DNA of 64,000 bases from a virus. The notes under the pieces are model-generated. The model did no database searches. It was not told where the DNA came from and saw only the letters and a program-made list of their open reading frames with translations. Numbering within the stretch: position 1 is the first letter of the stretch; each line of letters opens with the position of its first letter. The stretch covers positions 32,001 through 96,000 of IMG/VR virus record IMGVR_UViG_3300010354_000051; one strand, written 5' to 3'. Shown piece by piece: positions 47,585 to 57,269 of this stretch. Both the position numbers and the translations under genes were made by a program.

Positions 47585-50281
47585 TTAGAGGACCAGAGCC
47601 CAGTTTTTAAGTAGGGCATTGGCCGTATCCAGGGTGCGGAAAGACAAGCTGCTGTTGGAGGCAGTGCTGGCGCAAGGTGTGCTTAGTGTTATGGATACGT
47701 TCGGGTTAATATTAGTAATGTAGTTGGCATATCTGACCACTACTGTGCCGTTACTGCCAGTTAAATCTATAGCGGCTCCGTTCAAAGTAAGGGATATTTG
47801 GAATGTGTCGGCGGTTGAGTTAACAACGTAGTAAGGAGTCCAGGTACTGATGCCTGTCGTAGTACCTATTGATGAAAAACTGACCACGGTTCCGTTACTA
47901 AGACCGTGGCTGGTGTATGTAAGTGTATCGGCTGTTGTGCTAGAAGTAGCGGATATGCCAGTAGTTATACCGGTTCCAGTGCCAGAGTGTAAAATCATGC
48001 CAGTGCTGAGTCCGCTAGTATCGCTAAGGCTTATAGTGCTAGATCTTAGTGTTAAGTTTGCTGTTTTAGTTGTTAATGTACCTACCCCATAATTACTCGC
48101 GATGGTGAGAGTTTGAGAAGTGGTTACGGTAGGCAAGTTAGAAAATACTTCTTCTAGAGCGGTTTTAGACAACCTGTTGCCTACTAAAGAGAAAGAAAAA
48201 CGGAAATTTTTTGCTTGAACTCTGCCATTAGAGTTACAGGTTAGGACAAAGTTTGTAAAGTTTGCGCTGGAGGAAACTGAAGTTACAACTAGAGCTGGGA
48301 TAGAACTTAAAGATGTACATCCGCTAAACATAGAGTTTACCGTAGTTACAGAAGAAGTATCTAGCAGAGGTACTGTTCTTAAGAATGAGCAGGCACTGAA
48401 CATGCTAGCCATAGTGGTAACTAGAGAAGTATTGAATAGGGGTACACCTCTTAGGCTTTGGCAGAAAGTGAACATATTATTCATAGCAGTAACCGCCGCA
48501 GTATTGAATAAAGGGACAGATTGCAGCCGGTAACAGTTCTGGAACATGCTAGCCATAGAGGTTACCAAGGCTGTATTAAACAATGGTACGGATTCAATTT
48601 GAGTACAGCCAGAAAACATGCTGGCCATGGTGGTGACTAAAGCCGTATTAAACGCTGGTATTGATTTCAAGGAATAGCAGGCGTTGAACATGGAAGACAT
48701 GTTCGTTACCGATACTGTATTTAATAACGGCACAGATTCTAATTTACCACACCCGCTGAATGTACTGGCCATAGTTGTGACCAAAGGAGTGTTCAAGGCA
48801 GGTATAGAGCGAATGGAAGAACATCCGGAAAATGTGCTAGCCATAGTGGTAACCAAAGAAGTATCTAGTTCTGGTAGTTCTAATAGGCTATTACAGTTCT
48901 GGAACATGCTAGACATATCAGTTACTTTTGAAGTGTTGAAACAAGGTATATAACTTAGCGATCTACAGCCCAAGAACATGCTAGCCATAGTAGTAACTTC
49001 AGTAGTATTGAAAAATGGGACTGATCTCAGGGCAGTACAGCCATTAAACATACCACTCATATCCGTAACCAGACCCGTGTCAAAAAACGGGCAAGTGGTT
49101 AAGGAAGAACATGCTGCAAACATATTCTTCATAGTTGTTACTTTGCCGGTTTTAAATTGTGGAACGTAAGACAGAGCTGACAGAACAGAGCTAGAGCAGT
49201 TAAACATGCCCTCCATTGTCGTGGCGTTTTGCGTATTGAATTCGGGCACTGTCACTAGTGAATAACAGTTAGCGAACATATTGCTGAAAATAACCCCAGA
49301 TGAAGTATTATAAGCCGGAACATATTTTAAAGGGGCACAGCCCGAGAACATAGATTGGAAATTAGTTACTGAAGACGTGTCAAAAAACGGTGCGTAATTG
49401 ATCCCAGATACAAAAAACATATAACTTACATCGGTAACATTTTGAGTGTTAGCTTCTATAGATACCGACCTTAAAGCCGGGCAATTCGCGAGTAAATAGG
49501 TGAAAGAGGTTATTGAACCCATAGATAATAGGTTTACCCTTTCTATATAAGTATGCCTTATAGCTCCTAAAGATAATGTATTGATACTAGGCCCGCTAAT
49601 TGCTAAATCTAACCAGGACGTTGTTCGGTTAGCAGCTAGAGTGTTAGACGGGTGAGTAGTGGTAAAATCAACAGAAGTTAAATTCTGTCCGGATTGTGGG
49701 GTGATAGTTACTGTTGCTATTTTATAGGGGAGTAGGGAGGCTGAACCATTAGTGGAGAAGGTTATGACTGATCCGCCCTCTTCTAAAGAGATTTGAAATG
49801 AGCTAGAAGTTGAGTTTACAACATAGTAGAATTGATCCTCTGTAATATATGTCGCTGTTACCAGTCGATAGAATCTTACTCTATCCCCATTAACATATCC
49901 ATGCGACGCTCTCTGTACTGTACTGCCAGCACTATTAAATGTTACAGTAGCGTCATACAGATTAGCGCTATTAAAATTATATTCGTAGTCTCTTTGAACT
50001 CCGGCGGAGACGTTAGCCACAGTCCCATCGCCTTGGTCAATTGTATAGTCTCCAGACACCAGGACCGAGAAAAAGTTCCCCAGGCCGGTAGTTCCGTCCC
50101 CTGGCAAAACAGCATAGAGTCCGGTTACGGTTTGAGAAGTAGGGTCTGGTTGAGTTAATACCGGCCAGGCCTGATTTCTAACCCAGGTATTCGTGGAGTC
50201 TATTGAGTAGACATAGTCTTCATAGCCTTTTCGTAGGTTTCTTGAATGTACTGTTAAGCCTTGAACATTCCTAGCGCTCAT
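47585..50281 (-). CDS. DUF285/BspA-like repeat virion protein flanked by two FCCH-like domains
   Basis: Many tandem 24-aa repeats (L.SVP.FNTS.VTTM.SMFS.C); duplicated SHG...YYVVNST..TFQISL domain near each end. Confidence 0.85.
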   Translation of the reverse strand: MSARNVQGLTVHSRNLRKGYEDYVYSIDSTNTWVRNQAWPVLTQPDPTSQTVTGLYAVLPGDGTTGLGNFFSVLVSGDYTIDQGDGTVANVSAGVQRDYEYNFNSANLYDATVTFNSAGSTVQRASHGYVNGDRVRFYRLVTATYITEDQFYYVVNSTSSSFQISLEEGGSVITFSTNGSASLLPYKIATVTITPQSGQNLTSVDFTTTHPSNTLAANRTTSWLDLAISGPSINTLSLGAIRHTYIERVNLLSMGSITSFTYLLANCPALRSVSIEANTQNVTDVSYMFFVSGINYAPFFDTSSVTNFQSMFSGCAPLKYVPAYNTSSGVIFSNMFANCYSLVTVPEFNTQNATTMEGMFNCSSSVLSALSYVPQFKTGKVTTMKNMFAACSSLTTCPFFDTGLVTDMSGMFNGCTALRSVPFFNTTEVTTMASMFLGCRSLSYIPCFNTSKVTDMSSMFQNCNSLLELPELDTSLVTTMASTFSGCSSIRSIPALNTPLVTTMASTFSGCGKLESVPLLNTVSVTNMSSMFNACYSLKSIPAFNTALVTTMASMFSGCTQIESVPLFNTALVTSMASMFQNCYRLQSVPLFNTAAVTAMNNMFTFCQSLRGVPLFNTSLVTTMASMFSACSFLRTVPLLDTSSVTTVNSMFSGCTSLSSIPALVVTSVSSSANFTNFVLTCNSNGRVQAKNFRFSFSLVGNRLSKTALEEVFSNLPTVTTSQTLTIASNYGVGTLTTKTANLTLRSSTISLSDTSGLSTGMILHSGTGTGITTGISATSSTTADTLTYTSHGLSNGTVVSFSSIGTTTGISTWTPYYVVNSTADTFQISLTLNGAAIDLTGSNGTVVVRYANYITNINPNVSITLSTPCASTASNSSLSFRTLDTANALLKNWALVL
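48330..49440 (-). repeat. degenerate 72-bp coding tandem repeat array
   Basis: Recurring AACATGCTAGCCATAGT-like units at about 72-nt spacing. Confidence 0.75.
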
Positions 50282-50607
50282 CAGACAATCTCCGACCCGA
50301 ATAGACAGAAACTAAGATTAGACGTACTTGAATAGACCGTGACAACATCCGTAGCAGCTAAAGTTATTCCTAAGGTGAGAAATAACGAGTCATACTGTTC
50401 AACATAGTTATCATAAACAATGTAGTGTTTGTTAGCCAGAGTTTCGCCAGCCGGCCTAACAGCCACTCTGAATGTGGCAGAAGCCCCTCTGTTACAAACA
50501 GACAATGTTGAAATTACTGAACTGGTTGAAGCCGGTACAGTGTATATATCTGAAGTGGTTGTAGCTGCAGGGGAATTCTGAGCGAGAACTTTGTAATTAA
50601 TAGCCAT
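50281..50607 (-). CDS. small virion protein, paralog of 35048-35443
   Basis: YKVLAQ..P...VISTLSVCNRG...LGITLAATDVVTV. Confidence 0.75.
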   Translation of the reverse strand: MAINYKVLAQNSPAATTTSDIYTVPASTSSVISTLSVCNRGASATFRVAVRPAGETLANKHYIVYDNYVEQYDSLFLTLGITLAATDVVTVYSSTSNLSFCLFGSEIV

Positions 50608-50608
50608 T

Positions 50609-51004
50609 TTATGCCCCTATGAGTAGGAATTGATTTAGTATGGCGTCGGCAAGACCTGGGCCGGTGGGTCCGATAGGCCCGGTGGCACCAGTTGCGCCAG
50701 CCCCTGTAGGTCCGATAGGCCCGGTAGCCCCAGTTGCACCCACTCCCGTAGGTCCGATAGGGCCTGTAGCCCCGGTTATTGACGGGCCAGTAGGTCCGAT
50801 AGGTCCGGTAGCCCCAGTTACACCTACTCCAGTAGCCCCGGCAGGCCCTGTCGGGCCGATTGAACCGACTCCAGTCGGGCCAGTAGCACCAATTAGGTAT
50901 TCTACTTGGCTAACTCCAGTCGCACCTAGAAAGCAATTGCTCAGATCTCTGGATTTTCTGATCCCTCCACAACCAGGACCGCTTTTGGGGGAAAATTGAC
51001 CCAT
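50609..51004 (-). CDS. short collagen-like (Gly-X-Y) protein
   Basis: Repeated GATGPIGPT units; short C-terminal [10 protein letters not shown] tag. Confidence 0.75.
   Translation of the reverse strand: MGQFSPKSGPGCGGIRKSRDLSNCFLGATGVSQVEYLIGATGPTGVGSIGPTGPAGATGVGVTGATGPIGPTGPSITGATGPIGPTGVGATGATGPIGPTGAGATGATGPIGPTGPGLADAILNQFLLIGA
50657..50910. repeat. tandem 9-bp-multiple repeats encoding collagen triplets
   Basis: GGTCCGATAGGCCCGGT(A/G)GC(A/C)CCAGTT-like units repeated. Confidence 0.8.
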
Positions 51005-51018
51005 CGTGTTAGTAAGCC

Positions 51019-51034
51019 TCTAGAGGCTTTCAAC
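51019..51034 (-). promoter_or_regulatory. candidate late promoter GTTGAAAG-CCTC-TAG
   Basis: Intergenic; N4 spacing; core 22 nt upstream of the ATG at 51004. Confidence 0.55.
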
Positions 51035-51040
51035 AAAACC

Positions 51041-51880
51041 TTAAAAAATTAACACTCTTCTTCGAGAATAACTGTCTAGTATTGTGTCCGTGAAACTGAC
51101 ATAGACTGGGGAGGTATTGGCGGATAAGATACGGCTTGTGATGAGAGACGGGGCAGTAGCAGATATATTAAAATTAGCGCTGGGCGCACTTATAACCCGG
51201 TTAAATATCAAAGTGACAGAATTGACCTGCACTTCAAAATTTACCGAATTCGCTAGTATTTTTCGGCTTGCGAGAAGAGATTGGTTGGGGGTAGTCAGAT
51301 TGTAATAAGAGCTTTCCGTTGTTAGTTTACGTTTGGCTGATAAGCCAATATTCTGCACACTGAGGGTATAACTGGTGCTGTTTGAAAAAAGTCTTCTGCC
51401 AGCTAGAATACCTGTAGATGTTCCGGTCAGTGAATAGCTTCTCGTATCAGATTTTAGCCTTCTACTAGCTAACAACCTGACAGAGGAGACGTTCAGTGTA
51501 AAAATTCCCGGACTCAAAGATAGTTTTCTATTTGCTAACAACCTTGAGTTCGACCCGGATAGTGAATAGCTTCTCGTATCAGATCTGAGACGCCTGTTAG
51601 CTAGCAATCCGGCAGCGGATGTGCCCAGTGCAAAACTCCTCGGGCTCAGAATAATTTTTCTGCCCGCCAAAGTATCAACAGTTCTACCCGTGAAGGTAAA
51701 CGACCTGACCTCTGCGGTCATGGAGTATTGAGAGCCGCCACCAATTCCAACGAAAGGTTGAGCTAGATATGCTATGTCTAAACTCTCGCTACTTAACCCC
51801 TTAGATTCAACTAGGCAAAACGGTTGGCCTAAGTAGACATAGTCTAAAGTACCTAGGTCATTTTTGCTTGGTAAAGGCAT
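51041..51880 (-). CDS. repeat-rich virion protein (about 23-aa repeats)
   Basis: LLA.RRL.SDTRSYSL.G repeats; DNA repeat GAATAGCTTCTCGTATCAGAT at about 51432 and 51564. Confidence 0.75.
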   Translation of the reverse strand: MPLPSKNDLGTLDYVYLGQPFCLVESKGLSSESLDIAYLAQPFVGIGGGSQYSMTAEVRSFTFTGRTVDTLAGRKIILSPRSFALGTSAAGLLANRRLRSDTRSYSLSGSNSRLLANRKLSLSPGIFTLNVSSVRLLASRRLKSDTRSYSLTGTSTGILAGRRLFSNSTSYTLSVQNIGLSAKRKLTTESSYYNLTTPNQSLLASRKILANSVNFEVQVNSVTLIFNRVISAPSANFNISATAPSLITSRILSANTSPVYVSFTDTILDSYSRRRVLIF

Positions 51881-51887
51881 ATACTAC

Positions 51888-52067
51888 TTACACCTCGGGG
51901 GTCTCAAGCTCCCTGTTTCTTACAAACTCCAGAGCTATTTCTTGTATACTTTCCATTGTAGGGAAATCTTCGAACTTAAAAAATACAGACTCGTGGTCTG
52001 ATATGCAAACACGGGCATACCATCTGTTCGCCAGGTCTTGCTCTACAGAATGAACTCGGAAAGCCAT
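51888..52067 (-). CDS. small hypothetical protein (59 aa, not in ORF track)
   Basis: MAFRVHSVEQDLANRWYARVCISDHESVFFKFEDFPTMESIQEIALEFVRNRELETPEV; fills the operon gap exactly (5 nt from the upstream stop, 7 nt to the downstream start). Confidence 0.75.
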   Translation of the reverse strand: MAFRVHSVEQDLANRWYARVCISDHESVFFKFEDFPTMESIQEIALEFVRNRELETPEV

Positions 52068-52072
52068 GGTAG

Positions 52073-54319
52073 TTAAATTTGAGTGATAGTTAGGTCGTCT
52101 ACCCAGCCAGAGAAAGTTGTACCTCCCCAGGCTTCTGCCAGTATCTCAACCACACCTATCTCAGTAGGTGTAAAAGAGATAGAAACTTGTTGCCAAGAGT
52201 TAGTAGAAGTTGCAAGGGTTGCTACGTCGTCCGGCACGCCGGAGATCTGACCCCCTTTACAAATTAAACGCAGATTTAGAGAGGCATTATCCCGGTATAG
52301 CCATACTTTGACTGTAACAAGCGAGTTAGCTGAACAAGCCACTTTAGCCAAACTTAAACATACTGGCCGGATCGAGTTTCGAAGGACTGTTGAAGTAGGT
52401 TGAAGTTTCCAACTAATGCCGGAGGGAGTTTTTCTTTGATCTGTCGCACTGGATATTAGCCCGCCGTCCATGAAGATTTTGTGGTTGCCCACTACCCCGT
52501 CGTGATTTTGTGAAAATATTCTGGTCGGGTTATAGTTAGGAAGAAAAACTTCTAGAGTGTCAGATAGGATACAGTTGTTCAGATAGCAGTCTGTAACAGA
52601 CCCGGACGCGGATAAAGCATAGCTACCGTTATCTAGAAAAGTGATATTGGAAACAGTTGTTGCACCGATGTTAGTTGTAATTCCCGTAGCTGAGCAATTA
52701 GCTATTAGAGCGCTAGTCGAAGATGTAGATTTTACGTTATAGTAAGACTGGTTAAATGATATAGCGTTGGAGGGGATAGAAACAAGTTTATTCGTTATTT
52801 CTACATCAAGTGAAAATATGGCAGAAGTTGAGTTTATAAAACTTACTAATGACGCCACTGAGGAGTAGTAAAATCCAACACGTAACCTGCAATTGCTAGT
52901 TGTGTTGGGTAGAGTCACAGGCTCGGTCTGAAATGCAGTTAGAGATCCAAAACTAAACTTACAAAAGCTAGCAGTTCCAGGAAAGCTCAACGCCCTGTTA
53001 AATCTACATAGAGATAAGGTTTCTATTTCTACAAACTCTCTACTAGTCAGGTTAAGAGCAAGACCGTTACCATTTCTCCCATCTAGCCATGTTTCTGAAG
53101 TCTGTGTGCTCATGTCTGTACGATCCCAGCCACCAGAAAATACAATCGGGTTACCATCAGTGCCAGAGTTATTAACTACTTGAGAGGTGGTGGTTGTTGA
53201 GGCTAAAGGACCCAGAGCGATAGTTTCCCTCTTCCAAGTAGTTATAGTTTCACTGATTCCATAGTAACCTCTGTTATTGGTACTGGTCAGCAGAGTATTA
53301 GTATCACAATCCAACATTACTCTAGTTCCGTTAATACTTTGAATAGGCCACCAAGATTCAGTCGCTGTATTTTTACCTATTAGACTGGCCAAATTCAAAC
53401 TGTCCGGAGAATTACTGTTCTTGCAAGCAATTATATTGTTAATAAGAAATGTCTGTGCGCCATTGTCCGTATTCACATAAAAAGCAATACTTCGTATCGA
53501 ACTACCCAAATTAACACCTAAGTTGGTGGTTACTAAAGTCCATCTGCCCGTAGCAGCCAAACCTATAATACTTACAGTATTGACTGCAACTGCCCCAGCA
53601 GTATCAGAACATAGTCGGAGTTCAATAGAGCCCGCAGCACCTACCGTGCCTGCGGTCTGCTTGATCCAAAAAGAAACTTGTTGATAACCGGACAAATCTA
53701 AAGTTCCGGTAGGCCAGTAGGCTGCTAGGCCTGTAGTAAAAGCCGCCCCTATATCAATACTATCTGAATAGCTATGCTCTCTCCAGTCAGCAGTGTTCAA
53801 AGCGGTGACTACGTTAGCTGAAGCTGTCCAAGCAACCCTGTTGGGTCCAGTGCTAGCTATGCTCTGTGTAACAGGCGAGGATAAAATAATTCTTGTGTTA
53901 TTTCTTAACCTGAGAGTACCTCCACTGACTCTGTTACCGCTACCAACCGAACCATTCAAAGTGAATGTGTTAGCACCAGTAACCGTAATTTCCCATGTAC
54001 CATTAGCTGCTTCATTGCCAACTACACCGCTTAAGGTAATAGTATCTCCTGTGCTATAGCCATGGTTAGAGGATGTTATAGCGATAGGGGTAGCATTAGT
54101 TGCAGCGCTGATTGTTTTTGTAGCCTGGAGGACACCAGAAGTCCACACCCCATTCACACCCAAGCTGGTAGGGCTAGGGCTAGCCATTATCCTTATAGTA
54201 TCACCCGGAGCTATTCGGCCTGACGTAGCACCAGACGTTAGTGTTTTCCATCTGGTGGCGAACGTCGTCCCAGAGTTGGCATCATTACCGTTTTCAAAAT
54301 CCAGGTAGTAAATGGCCAT
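52073..54319 (-). CDS. tail fibre/spike-like virion protein
   Basis: MAIYYLDFENGNDANSG...WKTL N-terminus, FCCH-like insert (SNHGYSTGDTITLSG), beta-helix-like region. Confidence 0.75.
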   Translation of the reverse strand: MAIYYLDFENGNDANSGTTFATRWKTLTSGATSGRIAPGDTIRIMASPSPTSLGVNGVWTSGVLQATKTISAATNATPIAITSSNHGYSTGDTITLSGVVGNEAANGTWEITVTGANTFTLNGSVGSGNRVSGGTLRLRNNTRIILSSPVTQSIASTGPNRVAWTASANVVTALNTADWREHSYSDSIDIGAAFTTGLAAYWPTGTLDLSGYQQVSFWIKQTAGTVGAAGSIELRLCSDTAGAVAVNTVSIIGLAATGRWTLVTTNLGVNLGSSIRSIAFYVNTDNGAQTFLINNIIACKNSNSPDSLNLASLIGKNTATESWWPIQSINGTRVMLDCDTNTLLTSTNNRGYYGISETITTWKRETIALGPLASTTTTSQVVNNSGTDGNPIVFSGGWDRTDMSTQTSETWLDGRNGNGLALNLTSREFVEIETLSLCRFNRALSFPGTASFCKFSFGSLTAFQTEPVTLPNTTSNCRLRVGFYYSSVASLVSFINSTSAIFSLDVEITNKLVSIPSNAISFNQSYYNVKSTSSTSALIANCSATGITTNIGATTVSNITFLDNGSYALSASGSVTDCYLNNCILSDTLEVFLPNYNPTRIFSQNHDGVVGNHKIFMDGGLISSATDQRKTPSGISWKLQPTSTVLRNSIRPVCLSLAKVACSANSLVTVKVWLYRDNASLNLRLICKGGQISGVPDDVATLATSTNSWQQVSISFTPTEIGVVEILAEAWGGTTFSGWVDDLTITQI

Positions 54320-54323
54320 ACTA

Positions 54324-54773
54324 TCAGGTTACAGTCAGAAGGCCGTTTACTTGGTCGAAGTCAATAGTTAGAGTTTCCCCGTTAAGCAGAGTAATCGAAC
54401 TGCCATAGTCATAATACCCAATTAAAGGGTTGGCTGGAGACACCGGAGTGCTATTGTACAAGTACACATACCGGAACGGCCCGACATCACCGTTAGCTGT
54501 CAGTACAAGGTCGGAGCAAACCAATTTATAAGTTCCGCTAGTCTGATCGCTACTTGTAGTAGTTACGTTTCTAGGGTTAGTACCGCTTAAGTTGGTATAG
54601 TCTACTTGAGTGACGTTAGCCAGAATACACGCAGCGGTAGTACTGTTCGGATTAGTAGACTCGGATGACGGAGCCGTATTGCTCAGAGCAACGACTAGCT
54701 GATTGCTGCCCAGATTATGAACACCTTCGGAGAGATGCTCTACAAACCCGTTGAGTTTATTGAAGATGGCCAT
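54324..54773 (-). CDS. conserved phage virion protein
   Basis: [25 protein letters not shown]...[10 protein letters not shown]...[21 protein letters not shown]. Confidence 0.8.
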   Translation of the reverse strand: MAIFNKLNGFVEHLSEGVHNLGSNQLVVALSNTAPSSESTNPNSTTAACILANVTQVDYTNLSGTNPRNVTTTSSDQTSGTYKLVCSDLVLTANGDVGPFRYVYLYNSTPVSPANPLIGYYDYGSSITLLNGETLTIDFDQVNGLLTVT

Positions 54774-54794
54774 TAGATTTTCCTATAAGGTCGG

Positions 54795-55406
54795 TTAAAT
54801 TTCTACCGAGACATTGAATTCTCGGACAGTGCCTTCTACTTGGGTGATTTTGACCCATAAGTAGTTATCCGGTGGGATAGGCATATTCTGTACTACTATT
54901 AATTCACCGGTAGTAGAGTTGGTTATGGTTTTAGGAACGCAGGCGAGGGTCCCCTGATTCGACCTGTTATTCGAGTAACGAAGTTCAAAAGTTACAGAAG
55001 GGTTGGTCCCTCTGACTACTCCCAAAGCTTGAGTAATAGTAGTGGGGTACTGGGTATAAAAAAGAGTGAATTCGTCTCCTGCACGGGGTGAATCAATGCT
55101 TATGGCTTTGGGCGGTCCAGGATCTCCTTTAGGGCCAGGGACAAGCAATGAAACCCCATCCGGCCATTGCCCGTTTTCCTTCGGCCCAAATAAATCCCCG
55201 GATGACCGATTGATATAGAAATCTCCATTTTTACCTAAGCCAGGGGTCGGGTCTACTACACCGGATAGCAAAGTCGCTTGTGAAAAAAGCTCGACAGCCT
55301 GCTCAAGGATAAGCGGATCGTTGTCGTCTACAGCCCGTGGCAAATTGACGATACGGCTAGAGCCTTTAAAATCGTAGTTGGTATATATTGGTCTGTATTT
55401 TGACAT
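54795..55406 (-). CDS. fibre-associated virion protein
   Basis: GKNGDFYINRSSGDLFGPK..GQWP and GPKGDPGP collagen stub. Confidence 0.75.
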   Translation of the reverse strand: MSKYRPIYTNYDFKGSSRIVNLPRAVDDNDPLILEQAVELFSQATLLSGVVDPTPGLGKNGDFYINRSSGDLFGPKENGQWPDGVSLLVPGPKGDPGPPKAISIDSPRAGDEFTLFYTQYPTTITQALGVVRGTNPSVTFELRYSNNRSNQGTLACVPKTITNSTTGELIVVQNMPIPPDNYLWVKITQVEGTVREFNVSVEI

Positions 55407-56104
55407 CAGAGCAGCCTGGCAAATCCGGATACAGGTGTAGTAAAATATATTATGGTTTGATAGATGCTTGGGTGAGTTACATCCGCATCTATTTCTTGGC
55501 CACTGCCATTAAATAGTTCGACTGAGGGTATAAATCCAAGGTTATGGTTAATGACCCACTCGTCAGAAGGAGCTTGTTGTTGGTGATTAAACCCGGAAGG
55601 GTTGGGGTTATTAGTACTGTAGTTGATCGATTGTAACCATTCTTGCTCCGTACCAACAAACCCATTAGCCACAGCAATCTCATAAGCACTCGCCCCGAAC
55701 CTATTTGGCGGTACTCCGGGCAAAGTATACTCTTGATCGGGTATAGAAGGATAAAATCCTACCAGAAGCATTTCTCCCACACCTGGAATATCCTCTCTAT
55801 TCGGGCGTTCTTTCAAGCCAGAGGCATAGGACGATGTGGTCAGGTATTCACCAGGCTCTGTCCATTTTTGCCAGCCCCACATGTCCTCAATACCTAGTAG
55901 GTGAGGGACCTGGCCCATTTGGTCGGCATGTCTTGCCCGCAAATTGCGACTAGGGCCGGGATTCACCCTGTTCCTATCCCTCAAATACTCAGCAGAAGAT
56001 AGCATTTGCCGGGTAAGAGAACTCATCTGAGTCTCTCTAGACCGGTAGTCAGCAACATCCCTGACGCCGATCCACCTCTCAAATGGGTTTCTCTTGACAG
56101 ACAC
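55406..56104 (-). CDS. fibre-associated virion protein
   Basis: SAYEIAVANGFVGTEQEWLQS and HQQ..PSDEWVINHNLGFIPSV motifs of phage fibre proteins. Confidence 0.75.
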   Translation of the reverse strand: MSVKRNPFERWIGVRDVADYRSRETQMSSLTRQMLSSAEYLRDRNRVNPGPSRNLRARHADQMGQVPHLLGIEDMWGWQKWTEPGEYLTTSSYASGLKERPNREDIPGVGEMLLVGFYPSIPDQEYTLPGVPPNRFGASAYEIAVANGFVGTEQEWLQSINYSTNNPNPSGFNHQQQAPSDEWVINHNLGFIPSVELFNGSGQEIDADVTHPSIYQTIIYFTTPVSGFARLL

Positions 56105-56115
56105 TTGATAATCTC

Positions 56116-56131
56116 CTAACCAGCTTTCAAC
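56116..56131 (-). promoter_or_regulatory. candidate late promoter GTTGAAAG-CTGGT-TAG
   Basis: Heads the long minus-strand fibre operon; followed by a GGAG RBS. Confidence 0.65.
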
Positions 56132-56181
56132 ATGACGATTCTTGAAAAACTAGGTGAAATTTATATGTTAAGAAGAGGTTT

Positions 56182-56589
56182 ATGGCACTCAGCGCAAAAC
56201 AAATGAGGGATCTGGAGTCAGTTGCAACTGAGTCAGTGACTGATTTCGACTTCGGTGAACCGGAAGTATTGAGCGTAGAAATCGCTCCGGGCAAGTTTCT
56301 TTCCCTGCAAGAACCTAGTGCGGAGGACTTAATTGAAATTGGTAAGGTAGAGTCGGCTTTGGGCAAAGAAGGTACGGAGGAAATCGAAGTTACTCTTCGT
56401 ATCATTTGCATCATGCACCACCCTACGGCAGGTCAGAGAAAACTAACCCTCAAAGATGCTAGAAAGCTGCGTTCTAAGCAAATTGCCAAACTAGCGGCGG
56501 GGATTAAGGAGCTGATTGGTGGTGAACAGGATGACGACGACACCAAAAGTGACGACGGCACCGGAAGTGACGACGAAGATAAACTATAA
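56182..56589 (+). CDS. tail assembly chaperone-like protein
   Basis: LSLQEPSAEDLIEI motif (LREP..GDL type); acidic tail; upstream of the sheath. Confidence 0.6.
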   Translation: MALSAKQMRDLESVATESVTDFDFGEPEVLSVEIAPGKFLSLQEPSAEDLIEIGKVESALGKEGTEEIEVTLRIICIMHHPTAGQRKLTLKDARKLRSKQIAKLAAGIKELIGGEQDDDDTKSDDGTGSDDEDKL

Positions 56590-57004
56590 CTATACGGTAA
56601 GTTGCATAGACTCTAAAAACAATGCCTTGGTATTCAGAGACATGCTAGGGTCTGATTTAGAGTTTTTTGACAGTGTAGTTATCAGGAAAGACAACCTACT
56701 ATCTCTCAATTCGGGCAAGATTATAGAAGTATTGCAGAGGCTACTCGTCTCTCCAACAATACGAATCGAGTCACTAACTCCTCGAGCCATAAGAGCAGTC
56801 TTCTTGTCCGTTTCGGAGAACATAATAAAAAACTACATGCCTAAGGAGGACTGGTTAAGACAATGTTACTCGATTCAGAACGGCTCATTTCAGAATATCG
56901 CGCAGATGGAAGAAGTTCCAATGTCGAAATTTACCGCTATGTGTGTCATACACAAAGAGGCTATGGAGTTAATGAATAATGATAAGCCCGCAGAGCAAAT
57001 TTAG
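56516..57004 (+). CDS. second tail assembly chaperone-like protein
   Basis: VFRDMLGSDLEF and C-terminal MEEVPMSKF; overlaps the previous ORF; first ATG at 56531. Confidence 0.55.
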   Translation: MVVNRMTTTPKVTTAPEVTTKINYNYTVSCIDSKNNALVFRDMLGSDLEFFDSVVIRKDNLLSLNSGKIIEVLQRLLVSPTIRIESLTPRAIRAVFLSVSENIIKNYMPKEDWLRQCYSIQNGSFQNIAQMEEVPMSKFTAMCVIHKEAMELMNNDKPAEQI

Positions 57005-57269
57005 TGACGAGGTTACTAGCGACGAGCTTCTCTCGCTGATGGTAATTCTCTATCGAATTTGCCTTGACAGGGATATTGTCAACCTGAACCGATTTGTAGT
57101 CGTATCATCAAAAATAATGGGGGTGGAGGATTTTAACAAGCTTTTGAGGACTGTTGTGAGAATGTTGGGCGGTAGTAAGTGCGGAGATTCGCTGTGTTCG
57201 GATTGGGTTATGACGAAACTTTATGAAATTTATACCTCATACGGGGCTAATCCAGCTCCTGATTTGTAA
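56979..57269 (+). CDS. hypothetical protein
   Basis: 96-aa ORF between the chaperones and the sheath. Confidence 0.55.
   Translation: MISPQSKFSDEVTSDELLSLMVILYRICLDRDIVNLNRFVVVSSKIMGVEDFNKLLRTVVRMLGGSKCGDSLCSDWVMTKLYEIYTSYGANPAPDL

Noticed and set aside
48330-49440. Regularly spaced repeats as a possible CRISPR array or DGR template/variable repeat
   Set aside because: The repeats are in-frame coding units with synonymous drift; there are no unique spacers, no cas or reverse transcriptase gene, and no A-specific mismatch pattern was noticed.
50640-50999. Pro/Val-rich plus-strand ORF
   Set aside because: Reverse-complement shadow of the collagen Gly-X-Y repeats.
51868-52053. 61-aa plus-strand ORF in the track
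   Set aside because: A better minus-strand ORF (51888-52067) fits the operon exactly.
56141-56168. GGTGAAAT upstream of the first chaperone as another promoter copy
   Set aside because: Core mismatch and no N4/N5-(T)AG element, so it was not counted.
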